Shown here one piece after another: positions 18,841-28,752 of a stretch of 64,000 nt of DNA. Location of the stretch: contig CAZZMB010000005.1 in NCBI GenBank assembly GCA_964655225.1, forward strand, positions 2,919 through 66,918, written 5' to 3'. The notes under the pieces are model-generated. The model was not told the origin of the DNA and searched no databases. It saw nothing but the letters and a program-made list of their open reading frames with translations. How positions within the stretch are numbered: the stretch's first letter is position 1; every line of letters starts with the position of its first letter. Source of the stretch: an uncultured Chitinophagales bacterium. Lineage in GTDB: Bacteria > Bacteroidota > Bacteroidia > Chitinophagales > UBA8649. The position numbers and the translations under genes were made by a program.

Positions 18841-20090
18841 TATATTGCTGGAAGGATTTTAACGATGGATTCTCCAAAGCCAATTCGAACTCCCTCTTTT
18901 TCCGCATGTGCTCGCATGATACAAGTATCTCCGTCTTGCATAAATTTGCGTTCACTACCATCCGAAAGTTTTATAGGCCTTGTTCCTTTCCAAGATAATT
19001 CGAGCATCGAACCATATTGATTCTCATTTGGACCACTTATCGTTCCTGAGGCATACATATCGCCTACATTTAAATTACATCCATTAACGGTTTGATGGGC
19101 CAATTGTTGATTCATGTTCCAATACATATGCTTATAGTTGGAGGTGCAAATATTTTCGGCTTGACCATTTTCTGGTTGAAGGGCGACTTCTAAGTGAATA
19201 TCGAAGTTGGCATCTTTTTTATGTTTAAGGTAAGGGAGAACCTCGGGGTCTTGTTTATATCCTTTTGTTCTAAAGGGTTCTAATGCATCCATAGTTACTA
19301 CCCATGGAGAAATAACAGAGCCAAAATTTTTGGCAAGAAATGGCCCTAAGGGAACATATTCCCATTTTTGAATATCTCGAGCACTTAAATCATTAAAGAT
19401 GACCATACCCCAGATTGCATTTTCAGCTTCATTTACTGGTATAGATTCGCCCAATTTGGTCTTTTTACAAGTGATAAAAGCCATTTCAAGCTCGAAATCA
19501 AAAAGTCGGGTAGGACCGAAACTTGGGGCTGTGGCATCATCTGCTTTGGTTTGCCCTTTTGGACGATGGATACTGGCCGGTGAAACAACAATTGAACTTG
19601 CTCTTCCATGATACCCAACAGGCAGATGTTTCCAATTTGGTAAGAGAGCATTTTCCGGATCTCTAAACATCGTTCCAACATTTCTGGCGTGATCTTCACT
19701 ACTGTAAAAATCAGTATAGTCTCCCACTTTAACAGGCATATACATCGTCGCCTCACTCATGTTAACCATAACACTACCCCTGTGCGTAGAATCTTTTAGT
19801 TGATCATTATCTTCGCTTAGTAAATCTTGAATTTGATTTCTCAACTTTGTTGCGGCTGGCCTACCAAGTGCCATTAAGGCATTTAATGAATCCTGATTGA
19901 GTAGTTCTACTTCTACTTCAATGAAATTGTTAAGTGCTAACTCAAGGAGGTCAACAATTTTATTTCCTATCGCAACTCCAGCTCTGGCTGATTTCTTGCT
20001 TGTAGAAAATATTCCAAAGGGTAAATTTTGTATAGGGAAATCAGAATTGTGTGCAGATTCTACCCAAGATTTCAAGCTAAAGTCAGTCAT
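18840..20090 (-). CDS. fahA: fumarylacetoacetase
   Basis: It has the N-terminal SWV...DFPIQNLPFGIF motif, an FAH-fold core (GYHGRASS, DFELEMA, GDMYASGTISG) and a length of 416 aa. Confidence 0.9.
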   Translation of the reverse strand: MTDFSLKSWVESAHNSDFPIQNLPFGIFSTSKKSARAGVAIGNKIVDLLELALNNFIEVEVELLNQDSLNALMALGRPAATKLRNQIQDLLSEDNDQLKDSTHRGSVMVNMSEATMYMPVKVGDYTDFYSSEDHARNVGTMFRDPENALLPNWKHLPVGYHGRASSIVVSPASIHRPKGQTKADDATAPSFGPTRLFDFELEMAFITCKKTKLGESIPVNEAENAIWGMVIFNDLSARDIQKWEYVPLGPFLAKNFGSVISPWVVTMDALEPFRTKGYKQDPEVLPYLKHKKDANFDIHLEVALQPENGQAENICTSNYKHMYWNMNQQLAHQTVNGCNLNVGDMYASGTISGPNENQYGSMLELSWKGTRPIKLSDGSERKFMQDGDTCIMRAHAEKEGVRIGFGESIVKILPAI

Positions 20091-20193
20091 GATACTTAAT
20101 GTGTTTTGGCGGATAAGTTATTATTTGATATTGAATACCAAATTTATCACTTTAGCATTTAAAGTTCTAACTTTAAGTAAAATATTAATACAC

Positions 20194-20586
20194 ATGAAAT
20201 TAGTTGGTAATATAGTTTGGTTGGTTTTTGGCGGATTCTTAACTGCTATGGAATATATTGCTGCAGGTATAATGCTTTGCGCAACTATAATAGGTATTCC
20301 ATTTGGCTTTCAATGTTTTAAATTGGCACTTTTTGAGTTAATGCCTTTTGGACTTGAAGCGAGGAAGGTTGAAGATGGAAGCGGTTGTTTATATTCTATT
20401 TTGAATATTGTTTGGTTTTTTGTCGGTGCTATTCCTTTGGTGCTAACTCATTTAATATTGGGGATTTTATTTGCCTTTACTATTGTGGGGTGGCCCTTTT
20501 CAAAACAACACTTCAAATTGATGCGTTTAAGTCTTGCTCCTTTCGGACGGGATATTGTTGAGGTCGAAGGTGGACCTTTTTCGTGA
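20194..20586 (+). CDS. YccF-domain inner-membrane protein
   Basis: NIVWLVFGGFLTAMEYIAAGIMLCATIIGIPFGFQCFKLA, repeated once, matches the duplicated YccF motif. The ATG at 20194 is preferred, because the tracked N-terminal extension 19897-20193 is antisense to the FAH gene. Confidence 0.8.
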   Translation: MKLVGNIVWLVFGGFLTAMEYIAAGIMLCATIIGIPFGFQCFKLALFELMPFGLEARKVEDGSGCLYSILNIVWFFVGAIPLVLTHLILGILFAFTIVGWPFSKQHFKLMRLSLAPFGRDIVEVEGGPFS

Positions 20587-20741
20587 CACTAAGTTTTCAG
20601 AGCTGCGGCATATCGGGTTGGAAAACTAATCCAATGCAAAAAAATCAAATTCAACTTGCATGGGTATGTATAAGCCAATTTTCAGATTACTAACCTTATA
20701 AGTCCTTTTAAAAACGAAGCGATTTTTTGATAGCTATGATG

Positions 20742-22511
20742 CTATGGTTTAAATTGAATCTTCCGCATACGTAGACTTTCGGGTGTAATCTCTAAATATT
20801 CATCTTCATTGATATACTCCATTGACTCTTCCAAGGAAAAATCAATTTTCGGTGCAATTTTAGCATTGCCATCTGTTCCCGAAGAACGCATGTTAGTTAA
20901 CTGTTTTCCTTTTGTAGCGTTTACACCTAAGTCATTTGCTCTTGAGTGCTCTCCAATAACTTGTCCAATGTATACTTGATCGCCTGGTTCAACAAAGAAT
21001 TTCCCTCTATCTTGCAATTTATCTAAGGAATACGCAAGTATCTGTCCCTTTTCAATAGAAACCAAAGATCCCTTTAAACGTGCAGGAATATCTCCTTTAA
21101 ATGCTGCATATTCTCTAAAACGGTGAGTCATTACCGCTTCACCAGCTGTTGCAGTTAGAACATTGTTTCGCAATCCAATTAAACCTCTAGAAGGAATATC
21201 AAATTCAAGGTGCATTAAGTCTCCTTTTGGATTCATAATTAGCAAATCTCCTTTACGTTGAGTGACTAACTCGATTACTTTACCTGATTTGGATTCTGGA
21301 ACGTCTACAACCAATGTTTCCATCGGCTCATGCTTTCTCCCATCAATTTCTTTAATGATTACTTGTGGCTTGCCTACTTGCAATTCATAGCCTTCTCTGC
21401 GCATAGTTTCGATCAATACGGATAAATGCAGAATTCCTCTTCCATAAACCATGAACTTATCTTCCGTATCCATATCCTCAACACGCAGTGCTAAGTTCTT
21501 TTCTAACTCCTTGTACAACCTATCTCTTAAGTGACGAGAGGTAACAAACTTTCCTTCCTTTCCAAAGAAAGGAGAGGAGTTAATCGTAAACAGCATACTC
21601 ATTGTTGGTTCATCTACGGCAATTCGATCTAATGCTTCTGGATTTTCTAAATCAGCAACAGTATCACCAATTTCAAAATCATCAATTCCTGTTATTGCAC
21701 AGATGTCTCCGCTTCGAACAGAAGAAACCTTTAACTTTCCCATTCCTTCAAATGTGTGCAGCTCTTTTATTCTAATTTTTTTATGGCCATCTTTTTTACA
21801 GAGCATGTAATCCTTATTCTCTTGTAATGAGCCTCTTAAAATTCTTCCAATGGCTATTCTTCCGGTAAACGAGGAGAAATCCAATGAAGTAATTTGCATT
21901 TGCGGAGTCCCTTCATATTCCGGTGCTTCTGGAATTTCTTCTAAAATAGTATCCATTAAAGCGAGGATGTCATCGCTTGGTTTTTTCCAATCCATACTCA
22001 TCCATCCATGTTTTGCAGATCCAAAAACAGTTGCAAACTCCAACTGATCTTCGGAAGCTTCTAGGTTAAACATTAACTCAAAAACGTCCTCTTGTACGAT
22101 ATCTGGAGTGCAATTTTCTTTATCTACTTTATTAACTACAACGATAGGTTTTAGGCCAAGTTCAATAGCTTTCCCTAAAACAAATCGAGTTTGCGGCATG
22201 GCCCCCTCAAAGGCATCTACTAGAAGTAGCACACCGTCAGCCATTTTCAATACTCGCTCTACTTCTCCGCCAAAGTCGGCGTGACCAGGAGTATCAATAA
22301 TATTGATTTTAACATCTTTGTAGTTTACTGAAACGTTTTTTGAAAGAATAGTAATTCCTCTTTCTCTTTCCAAGTCGTTATTGTCTAATAAAAGTTCTTG
22401 AACCTCTTTCCTATCATCAAATACTTTACAAGCTTGAATGATTTTGTCTACTAATGTTGTTTTCCCGTGGTCGACGTGGGCAATGATGGCAATGTTTCTT
22501 ATTGACTGCAT
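20742..22511 (-). CDS. typA: translational GTPase TypA/BipA
   Basis: G motifs AHVDHGKTT, DTPGHADF and NKVD, an EF-G-like domain order and a length of 589 aa. Confidence 0.95.
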   Translation of the reverse strand: MQSIRNIAIIAHVDHGKTTLVDKIIQACKVFDDRKEVQELLLDNNDLERERGITILSKNVSVNYKDVKINIIDTPGHADFGGEVERVLKMADGVLLLVDAFEGAMPQTRFVLGKAIELGLKPIVVVNKVDKENCTPDIVQEDVFELMFNLEASEDQLEFATVFGSAKHGWMSMDWKKPSDDILALMDTILEEIPEAPEYEGTPQMQITSLDFSSFTGRIAIGRILRGSLQENKDYMLCKKDGHKKIRIKELHTFEGMGKLKVSSVRSGDICAITGIDDFEIGDTVADLENPEALDRIAVDEPTMSMLFTINSSPFFGKEGKFVTSRHLRDRLYKELEKNLALRVEDMDTEDKFMVYGRGILHLSVLIETMRREGYELQVGKPQVIIKEIDGRKHEPMETLVVDVPESKSGKVIELVTQRKGDLLIMNPKGDLMHLEFDIPSRGLIGLRNNVLTATAGEAVMTHRFREYAAFKGDIPARLKGSLVSIEKGQILAYSLDKLQDRGKFFVEPGDQVYIGQVIGEHSRANDLGVNATKGKQLTNMRSSGTDGNAKIAPKIDFSLEESMEYINEDEYLEITPESLRMRKIQFKP

Positions 22512-22631
22512 GGTCTATTTCATTTAAGCGTGCAAATGTATGGATAATAAATGAGCTTATATTGTTTTAACGATGATAATAGAAAAAAGTGAATATTTTG
22601 TTTTTATAGCCTTTAAGTTAAATGTATAATG

Positions 22632-22639
22632 TACATTTG
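22632..22639 (+). promoter_or_regulatory. -7 promoter box TACATTTG upstream of the cold-shock gene
   Basis: An exact TAnnTTTG match lies 22 nt upstream of the ATG at 22661. Confidence 0.45.
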
Positions 22640-22660
22640 TGAAAATTTAAACAAAATATA

Positions 22661-22852
22661 ATGAACAAAGGAACAGTAAAGTTCTTCAATGAGACCAAAG
22701 GATTTGGTTTTGTTAAAGACGAAGAGAATGGGCAAGAATATTTCGTGCACGTTTCAGGATTAGTTGACACAATTGACAAAGATGACGAAGTAACGTTTGA
22801 TTTGCAAGAAGGTCGTAAAGGATTAAATGCAGTAAACGTGAAAAAAGCGTAG
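22661..22852 (+). CDS. cold-shock protein (CSD)
   Basis: KGFGFV (RNP1) and YFVHV (RNP2) motifs in a 63-aa protein. It is flanked by a -7 promoter box and a strong terminator. Confidence 0.95.
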   Translation: MNKGTVKFFNETKGFGFVKDEENGQEYFVHVSGLVDTIDKDDEVTFDLQEGRKGLNAVNVKKA

Positions 22853-22880
22853 TCGATCATATAATTACAATCCAACGTAA

Positions 22881-22911
22881 AGGTTTCAATTTTAATTGAA
22901 ACCTTTTTTTT
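22881..22911 (+). terminator. rho-independent terminator of the cold-shock gene
   Basis: A perfect 10-bp stem, AGGTTTCAAT/ATTGAAACCT, has loop TTTA and is followed by a T8 run. Confidence 0.85.
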
Positions 22912-23032
22912 GTGTATTTTTTCAAGAGTCAGGGAATTGGAGCGGCTCTCTTGTGCTGCACTAACTGATAAACCTAGTCAAAACTTTCTTTCCCGTACCG
23001 TTGTTAGGTACATATAAAAATAATAAACAGCA

Positions 23033-23626
23033 ATGAGATTTTTAGCAGTTATAATGGGTGTATTGGTATTGGTAGTGGTCGTAGTTCAAGGCTTTGCTAT
23101 GAAAAGTAGCCAAAATATAGAATCGTATCCTTACAAAGTGATGAAGGAATTCGACTCATTTGAAATTAGAAACTACGAAGCCAGTCTTTTTACCTCAGTA
23201 AAATTAAATACGAATAACTACGAAGAAGCCTCGGGTAAAGGTTTTCAAAAATTGGCGGGATACATCTTTGGAGGTAATGAAACGAATGAAGAAATATCTA
23301 TGACAAGTCCTGTAGCAATGAGCCTAGAGGATACCATGACAATGATGTTTTTAGTTCCTAAAGGATATAACCTAGAAAATTTACCCAAACCAAACTCTAC
23401 AGAGATAGAGTTTACTGAAATGCCTGCAAAAACTGTTGCTGCTATTACCTTTGGCGGCTGGGCCAATTCAGGTAAAATAGAAGAACATAAATTAATGCTT
23501 ATCAAAGCTTTAGAGGAAGAAGGAATTGCTTATACCAATGTATTTTACTTCTTAGGATACAATCCGCCATTCGAAATGGTCGGTCGTCGCAATGAGGTAA
23601 TTGTGGAGCTGGAAGTAAATTATTAG
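23033..23626 (+). CDS. SOUL heme-binding family protein with N-terminal anchor/signal
   Basis: ESYPYKVMKEFDSFEIRNYE, GFQKLAGYIFGGN and the C-terminal YNPPF pattern match SOUL/HBP family proteins. Confidence 0.75.
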   Translation: MRFLAVIMGVLVLVVVVVQGFAMKSSQNIESYPYKVMKEFDSFEIRNYEASLFTSVKLNTNNYEEASGKGFQKLAGYIFGGNETNEEISMTSPVAMSLEDTMTMMFLVPKGYNLENLPKPNSTEIEFTEMPAKTVAAITFGGWANSGKIEEHKLMLIKALEEEGIAYTNVFYFLGYNPPFEMVGRRNEVIVELEVNY

Positions 23627-23693
23627 TTTTTTGAAGTTTACTTATTCTCAGCTTTAGTAATAATGAGGATAGCCCTAATCCTTCTTATAATTT

Positions 23694-24599
23694 TCACACA
23701 GCGACCGGCGCTTTAATTGCTGGATGACATTGATAATTTTCAATGATTACATCGGCGTACGTGAAATCAAAAATAGAAGTGATGTTAGGATTAAGTTTTA
23801 ACTGAGGTAATTCATAAAATTCTCTGCTTAGCTGTTCTTCTACTTGGTCAAAGTGATTGCTGTATATATGAGCGTCACCCAAAGTATGTATAAATTCGCC
23901 GACAGCTAGCCCACAGACTTGAGCTACCATATGGGTAATAAGTGCATAGGAGGCGATATTAAAAGGGACACCTAGAAATACATCTGCACTGCGCTGGTAG
24001 AGTTGACAGCTCAGTTTTCCATCTGCAACATAGAATTGGAATAAAGTATGGCACGGCGGAAGTCCTGATTTGGCCATAACAGGAATATCTTTGGGATTCC
24101 AAGCTGAAACGATTAATCGACGGCTATCAGGTTTTGCCTTAATATCGTCAATGACGTTTTGTAATTGATCTACACCTTCAAAATTTCTCCATTGTTTGCC
24201 ATATACTGGCCCCAATTCACCATATTGAGAAGCGAAGGCATCTTCTGTTTTGATTCGGTCAACAAATGCCTTTAGCTCTGCTTTCCACTGAGGAGAGTAT
24301 TTCGGGAACTTATCTTCTAATCCTAGCTGTTTCAAATAGCTTTGAAAAGGCCACTCATTCCATATACCTACACCGTTTTGAACCAGATATTGAATGTTTG
24401 TGCTTCCTTTTAGAAACCAAAGAACTTCATGTATAATTCCTTTAGTAAATACCTTCTTGGTGGTTAATAAAGGAAAGCCTTCTGCCAAGTTATAACGCAT
24501 TTGATAGCCAAAAACACTAGTTGTTCCTGTTCCCGTGCGATCTGATTTTTTAAATCCTTGGGCTTTAACATGATGGAGTAAGTCGTGGTATTGTTGCAT
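23694..24599 (-). CDS. thyA: thymidylate synthase (ThyA) with the long-insert form
   Basis: RTGTGT, LPPCH (active-site Cys), [20 protein letters not shown] and GDAHIYSNH. An insert of about 40 aa lies between IWNEW and LGPVYG. Confidence 0.95.
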   Translation of the reverse strand: MQQYHDLLHHVKAQGFKKSDRTGTGTTSVFGYQMRYNLAEGFPLLTTKKVFTKGIIHEVLWFLKGSTNIQYLVQNGVGIWNEWPFQSYLKQLGLEDKFPKYSPQWKAELKAFVDRIKTEDAFASQYGELGPVYGKQWRNFEGVDQLQNVIDDIKAKPDSRRLIVSAWNPKDIPVMAKSGLPPCHTLFQFYVADGKLSCQLYQRSADVFLGVPFNIASYALITHMVAQVCGLAVGEFIHTLGDAHIYSNHFDQVEEQLSREFYELPQLKLNPNITSIFDFTYADVIIENYQCHPAIKAPVAV

Positions 24600-24737
24600 A
24601 GCTTATGATTGTCCCGTAAATATAGGACTTACACAATGAAGACTCTCTTGGAATTATACACCTTTGTGGAAATCCTAAATACTTGAGCTTTTACGGATGG
24701 ACTATCGACTTTGTAGATGTTTTTTTAACGCTGACTT

Positions 24738-27275
24738 TTAATCTTCTTTAGATACTGTAGAGTCTTTTTCTTTCTTAATGACAATTTCAATTGTACCTGC
24801 TGTTTTATTATAGTCAGCCACCAATACGTCCCCTTCTTCTGGCTTATGGTTTAATATTTCTTCAGCCAAGGGATCCTCTAGGTGTTTTTGAATTGCTCTG
24901 TGCAATGGTCTTGCACCGAATGCTGGATCATAGCCTTTATCAGCGATGAAATCTTTTGCAGCTTTCGTCAACTTGATTTTAAACCCTAAGTCTTCTAGAC
25001 GTTTGTAAACACCTTTTAAAACGATATCGATAATTTGATGGATATCTTCTTTATTCAATGAATTGAAGATTACTACGTCATCAATACGATTTAAGAACTC
25101 CGGTGCAAAAGTTCGTTTTAATGCTTTCGCAATAACACCACTGTTTGCATCTTGAACAGAAGCTTCTTTTGCTTTAGTTGAAAATCCAACGCCTGATCCA
25201 AAATCTTTCAAGTCACGAGCACCTACATTAGAAGTCATGATAATTAAGGTGTTTTTAAAATCAATCTTTCTGCCTAAGCCATCTGTCAATATACCTTCAT
25301 CTAGAACCTGCAATAATAAGTTGAAGATATCTGGATGCGCTTTCTCGATTTCATCCAAGAGAACCACTGAGTATGGCTTGCGTCTAACTTTCTCCGTCAA
25401 CTGACCACCTTCTTCATATCCAACGTATCCCGGAGGTGCTCCAATTAATCTAGATACAGAGAATTTCTCCATGTACTCACTCATATCTATTCGAATCATC
25501 GAACCGTCACTATCAAACATTTGACGAGCGATAGCTCTAGCAAGCTCGGTTTTACCTACTCCTGTTGGACCTAAAAATATAAATGTTCCAATGGGTTTGT
25601 TTGGATCCTTCAATCCAACGCGATTACGTTGAATGGCTTTTGTAATCTTAGCAACAGCATCGTCCTGTCCAATCACCATTTTCTTCAACTCATCACTCAT
25701 GGCAACGAGCTTCTTATTCTCTTTTTGAGCAATTTTGTTTACTGGGATACCTGTCATCATCCCGATCACTTCAGCAATATCATCTTCAGTCACAGGATAG
25801 CGCTTAGTTTTGATATCTTCTTCCCAAAGATTCTTGGCAGCATCTAATTGCTCTAGTAACCTTTTTTCGGTGTCACGCAGTCTGGCAGCCTCCTCATAAC
25901 GTTGACTTTTCACAACTTGCGTTTTTTCTTCTTTAACCTTTTCTATTTGTCCTTCAAGATTGAGTACATCCTTTGGCACCTGAATATTTCTTAGGTGAAC
26001 ACGGGCCCCAACTTCATCCATGACATCAATCGCTTTATCCGGAAGAAATCTATCGGTGATATAACGATTACTCATCTTGACCGCTGCTTTGATTGCATCT
26101 TCATCATAATTGACATTATGATATTCTTCATACTTACTTTTGATATTATCTAATATTATCAAAGTGTCCTCGATGGATGGTGGATCAATAATAACCTTTT
26201 GAAACCGTCTATCTAAGGCACCATCTTTCTCAATGTGTTGGCGGTACTCATCTAATGTGCTTGCACCAATTACTTGTAACTCTCCTCGTGCCAAAGCAGG
26301 CTTAAAAATATTGGAAGCATCAAGTGAGCCAGTAGCCCCGCCTGCTCCCACAATTGTATGTATTTCATCAATAAACAAAATCACCTCACGGTTCTTTTCA
26401 AGTTCATTCATGATGGCTTTCATGCGCTCTTCAAATTGTCCTCTGTATTTCGTTCCCGCAACTAGGGCGGCTAAATCCAACATGATAACTCGCTTATTGA
26501 ATAATACACGCGAAACTCTTTTTTCTACAATTCTCAGGGCTAATCCTTCTACAATGGCAGTTTTACCTACTCCAGGTTCTCCAATAAGTATGGGATTGTT
26601 TTTCTTTCTTCTACTCAAAATTTGAGAGACTCTTTCAATTTCTGTCTCTCTTCCTACAATTGGATCTAATTTATCTTGCTCAGCTAGCTCAGTAATATCT
26701 CTTCCAAAATTATCTAAGACGGGAGTTTTAGATTTCGGCTTTGATCCTTTACTTTTAGTACCTCCAAATGCTTGTTCCTTTCCTTCTTCCTCAAATGTAC
26801 CCTCTTCACCTTCTTCTGATGCCTCTGAACGAGTATCATCTCTGAGGAAACTCAATTCTGATTTGAATATTTGATAATCCACATCATACTTCGCTAGTAT
26901 TTGAGTGACTACATTATCTTCATTTTTTAAAACTGAAAGCACTAAATGGTCTGTTCCTATTGATTCTGCTTTTAATAACTTTGCCTCTAAAACCATAATT
27001 TTAAGAATTTTTTCAGCTTGTTTGGTCAAGGGTAAACTCTTTGAATCATGAATCTTTTTAGGATCGCGGGATTTCATGGAATTTTCGATGGCCCGTCTTA
27101 ATAAAACAGGATTTATCTCTAAAGATTTTAAAACTCTTATTGCTAAATTGTCATTATCTCTTAGTAAACCAAGTATCAAATGTTCTACTCCAATGGTGTC
27201 GTGATTTAGGCGCAAAGCTTCTTCTCTGCTATTGGAGATAACTTCTTTAACTTCTGGTGAAAATTTTGCTTCCAT
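24738..27275 (-). CDS. clpC: ClpC-type AAA+ chaperone (ATP-dependent Clp protease ATP-binding subunit)
   Basis: It has duplicated Clp_N repeats, two Walker A sites (GEPGVGKT, GPTGVGKTE), a UVR-like linker (YEEAARLRD) and a GVGF ClpP-docking-type loop. Confidence 0.93.
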   Translation of the reverse strand: MEAKFSPEVKEVISNSREEALRLNHDTIGVEHLILGLLRDNDNLAIRVLKSLEINPVLLRRAIENSMKSRDPKKIHDSKSLPLTKQAEKILKIMVLEAKLLKAESIGTDHLVLSVLKNEDNVVTQILAKYDVDYQIFKSELSFLRDDTRSEASEEGEEGTFEEEGKEQAFGGTKSKGSKPKSKTPVLDNFGRDITELAEQDKLDPIVGRETEIERVSQILSRRKKNNPILIGEPGVGKTAIVEGLALRIVEKRVSRVLFNKRVIMLDLAALVAGTKYRGQFEERMKAIMNELEKNREVILFIDEIHTIVGAGGATGSLDASNIFKPALARGELQVIGASTLDEYRQHIEKDGALDRRFQKVIIDPPSIEDTLIILDNIKSKYEEYHNVNYDEDAIKAAVKMSNRYITDRFLPDKAIDVMDEVGARVHLRNIQVPKDVLNLEGQIEKVKEEKTQVVKSQRYEEAARLRDTEKRLLEQLDAAKNLWEEDIKTKRYPVTEDDIAEVIGMMTGIPVNKIAQKENKKLVAMSDELKKMVIGQDDAVAKITKAIQRNRVGLKDPNKPIGTFIFLGPTGVGKTELARAIARQMFDSDGSMIRIDMSEYMEKFSVSRLIGAPPGYVGYEEGGQLTEKVRRKPYSVVLLDEIEKAHPDIFNLLLQVLDEGILTDGLGRKIDFKNTLIIMTSNVGARDLKDFGSGVGFSTKAKEASVQDANSGVIAKALKRTFAPEFLNRIDDVVIFNSLNKEDIHQIIDIVLKGVYKRLEDLGFKIKLTKAAKDFIADKGYDPAFGARPLHRAIQKHLEDPLAEEILNHKPEEGDVLVADYNKTAGTIEIVIKKEKDSTVSKED

Positions 27276-27454
27276 ATACTTTTTTATACTTCAATAATTA
27301 AGCCAACTGCTTTATGAACGACTAAGTTAAGTTTAATATTCTCTTTAAAAATCCTTTTTTCGACAATTTAGTTCACATCGATTTGTGATTTATCTATAAT
27401 ATTGATTAGTTTTGAAATATAACCTAAGATTAAGCACGACAAACCTAGAGAAAT

Positions 27455-27823
27455 ATGAAGTATTCTATCAGTAAAGAAGATCGATATGCGAATATTCAAC
27501 CTGCAGAAGAAAATTTAACTGCCGCTTTTGCGCCTGCTCTAAAAACAGAATTTGTTTTGTTGATAAACGGTGGACATGATAATATTATATGTGATCTTAG
27601 CAAAGTGAATTATGTAGATTCTTCTGGCTTAAGTGCCTTCTTGGTAGGTGACCGTATTTGTAACGAAAAAAATGGCAAGTTTGTCCTATGCAATATAAGC
27701 TCTTCCCTAGAGAAACTATTGAAAATGTCTCAACTAGACAGTATTTTAAATGTTGTTCCGACACTTTCTGAAGCAATAGACTTGGTCTTACTTCACCAAT
27801 TGGAACGCGATCTAAGAGAGTAG
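27455..27823 (+). CDS. STAS-domain protein (anti-sigma-factor antagonist-like)
   Basis: The 122-aa protein carries the DLSKVNYVDSSGL motif (phosphorylatable Ser region), as in SpoIIAA/RsbV-like proteins. Confidence 0.75.
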   Translation: MKYSISKEDRYANIQPAEENLTAAFAPALKTEFVLLINGGHDNIICDLSKVNYVDSSGLSAFLVGDRICNEKNGKFVLCNISSSLEKLLKMSQLDSILNVVPTLSEAIDLVLLHQLERDLRE

Positions 27824-27827
27824 TTTT

Positions 27828-28751
27828 ATGGCTGCTTTTAAGCTAACCATTTTAGGTAGCAATTCAGCGGTTCCTGCTCATAATAGGCATCCATCTTCCC
27901 AAGTTTTAAGACATAATCAAACGGATATTCTCATCGATTGCGGAGAAGGTGCGCAGTTTCAAATGAACAAATTCAAAATTAAAAGAGGGCGTCTAAACCA
28001 TATCCTGATTTCTCATATGCATGGTGACCATTATTTTGGACTTGTCGGCTTATTGAACTCATTTAAGTTAAATAATCGGCAACATGCCTTACATATTTAT
28101 GGTCCACCTGAACTAGAGCCTATCATTTCTTTACAAACGAATTATAAGGACTCGAATTGGCCTTATCCCTTGCATTTTTATCCCATACGAATGGGAGAGG
28201 TTTATACCCTTTTTGAGACGGAAGAACTCATCGTGAGTACCATTCCTTTAAAACACAAGATTGCTTGTAATGGATTTTTAATAAGAGAAAAGGTCAAAGC
28301 TAGGAAAGTAATTGCAGCAGCCATTCGAACTTATAAGGTACCTAATCATACCATAAAGGCCATTAAGAATGGAGAAGATTTTATTCAACCAACAGGGGAT
28401 ATCATACACAATGAATTACTTACAGCAAATCCTCCAGACTCCTTTGCTTATGCATATTGCTCTGATACCTTATACGATGAATCGATAGTTCCTCTTATTA
28501 AAGGAATTGATGTTTTATACCACGAGGCAACTTTCAGGGAGGAAAGTAAAGATAAAGCAGCTTTACGATTCCATAGTACGGCAAAACAGGCGGCAAATAT
28601 TGCTAAAAAAGCTGGTGTGGGACAGCTAATTATTGGTCATTATTCTGCAAAATATAAAGATTTATTTCCATTGCTGTTAGAGGCTCAAGAGGTTTTCCCT
28701 GCTACTGTTTTAGCTAAAGAGGGTGACAGCTATAGCATTCCAAATGATTGA
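27828..28751 (+). CDS. rnz: ribonuclease Z (MBL-fold)
   Basis: LTILGSNSAVP N-terminus, HMHGDH metallo-beta-lactamase motif, C-terminal GHYS motif, about 305 aa. Confidence 0.8.
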   Translation: MAAFKLTILGSNSAVPAHNRHPSSQVLRHNQTDILIDCGEGAQFQMNKFKIKRGRLNHILISHMHGDHYFGLVGLLNSFKLNNRQHALHIYGPPELEPIISLQTNYKDSNWPYPLHFYPIRMGEVYTLFETEELIVSTIPLKHKIACNGFLIREKVKARKVIAAAIRTYKVPNHTIKAIKNGEDFIQPTGDIIHNELLTANPPDSFAYAYCSDTLYDESIVPLIKGIDVLYHEATFREESKDKAALRFHSTAKQAANIAKKAGVGQLIIGHYSAKYKDLFPLLLEAQEVFPATVLAKEGDSYSIPND

Positions 28752-28752
28752 G

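Noticed and set aside
19897-20193. N-terminal 99-codon extension of the YccF ORF, and similar tracked extensions at 1414-1485, 42808-42885 and 44282-44350
   Set aside because: The extensions overlap neighbouring genes or run antisense to them. They precede obvious native N-termini, namely a signal peptide, a Rossmann fold or a first TM helix. Internal ATG starts were used instead.
23694-24599. Thymidylate synthase is about 35-40 aa longer than the E. coli enzyme
   Set aside because: The extra segment sits between IWNEW and LGPVYG, at the known variable insertion site of long-form ThyA enzymes such as the Lactobacillus and Bacillus types. It is not a novelty.
26233-26625. Long antisense ORFs inside well-supported genes: 26233-26625 in clpC, 37065-37454 in the sulfotransferase gene, 38009-38374 in pyrR, 34193-34540 in trmH, 19433-19756 in fahA and 48999-49241 in crtY
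   Set aside because: These are shadow ORFs opposite strongly conserved coding frames. Their composition is low-complexity or atypical and they have no motifs. Such ORFs are expected by chance in AT-rich DNA, where stop codons on the antisense frame are depleted.
27373-27388. Palindrome TCACA-N6-TGTGA in the clpC/STAS divergent spacer
   Set aside because: The half-sites are in the opposite order to the CRP/FNR consensus (TGTGA-N6-TCACA). It is a single 5-bp-arm palindrome in AT-rich DNA, which is too weak to call an operator.
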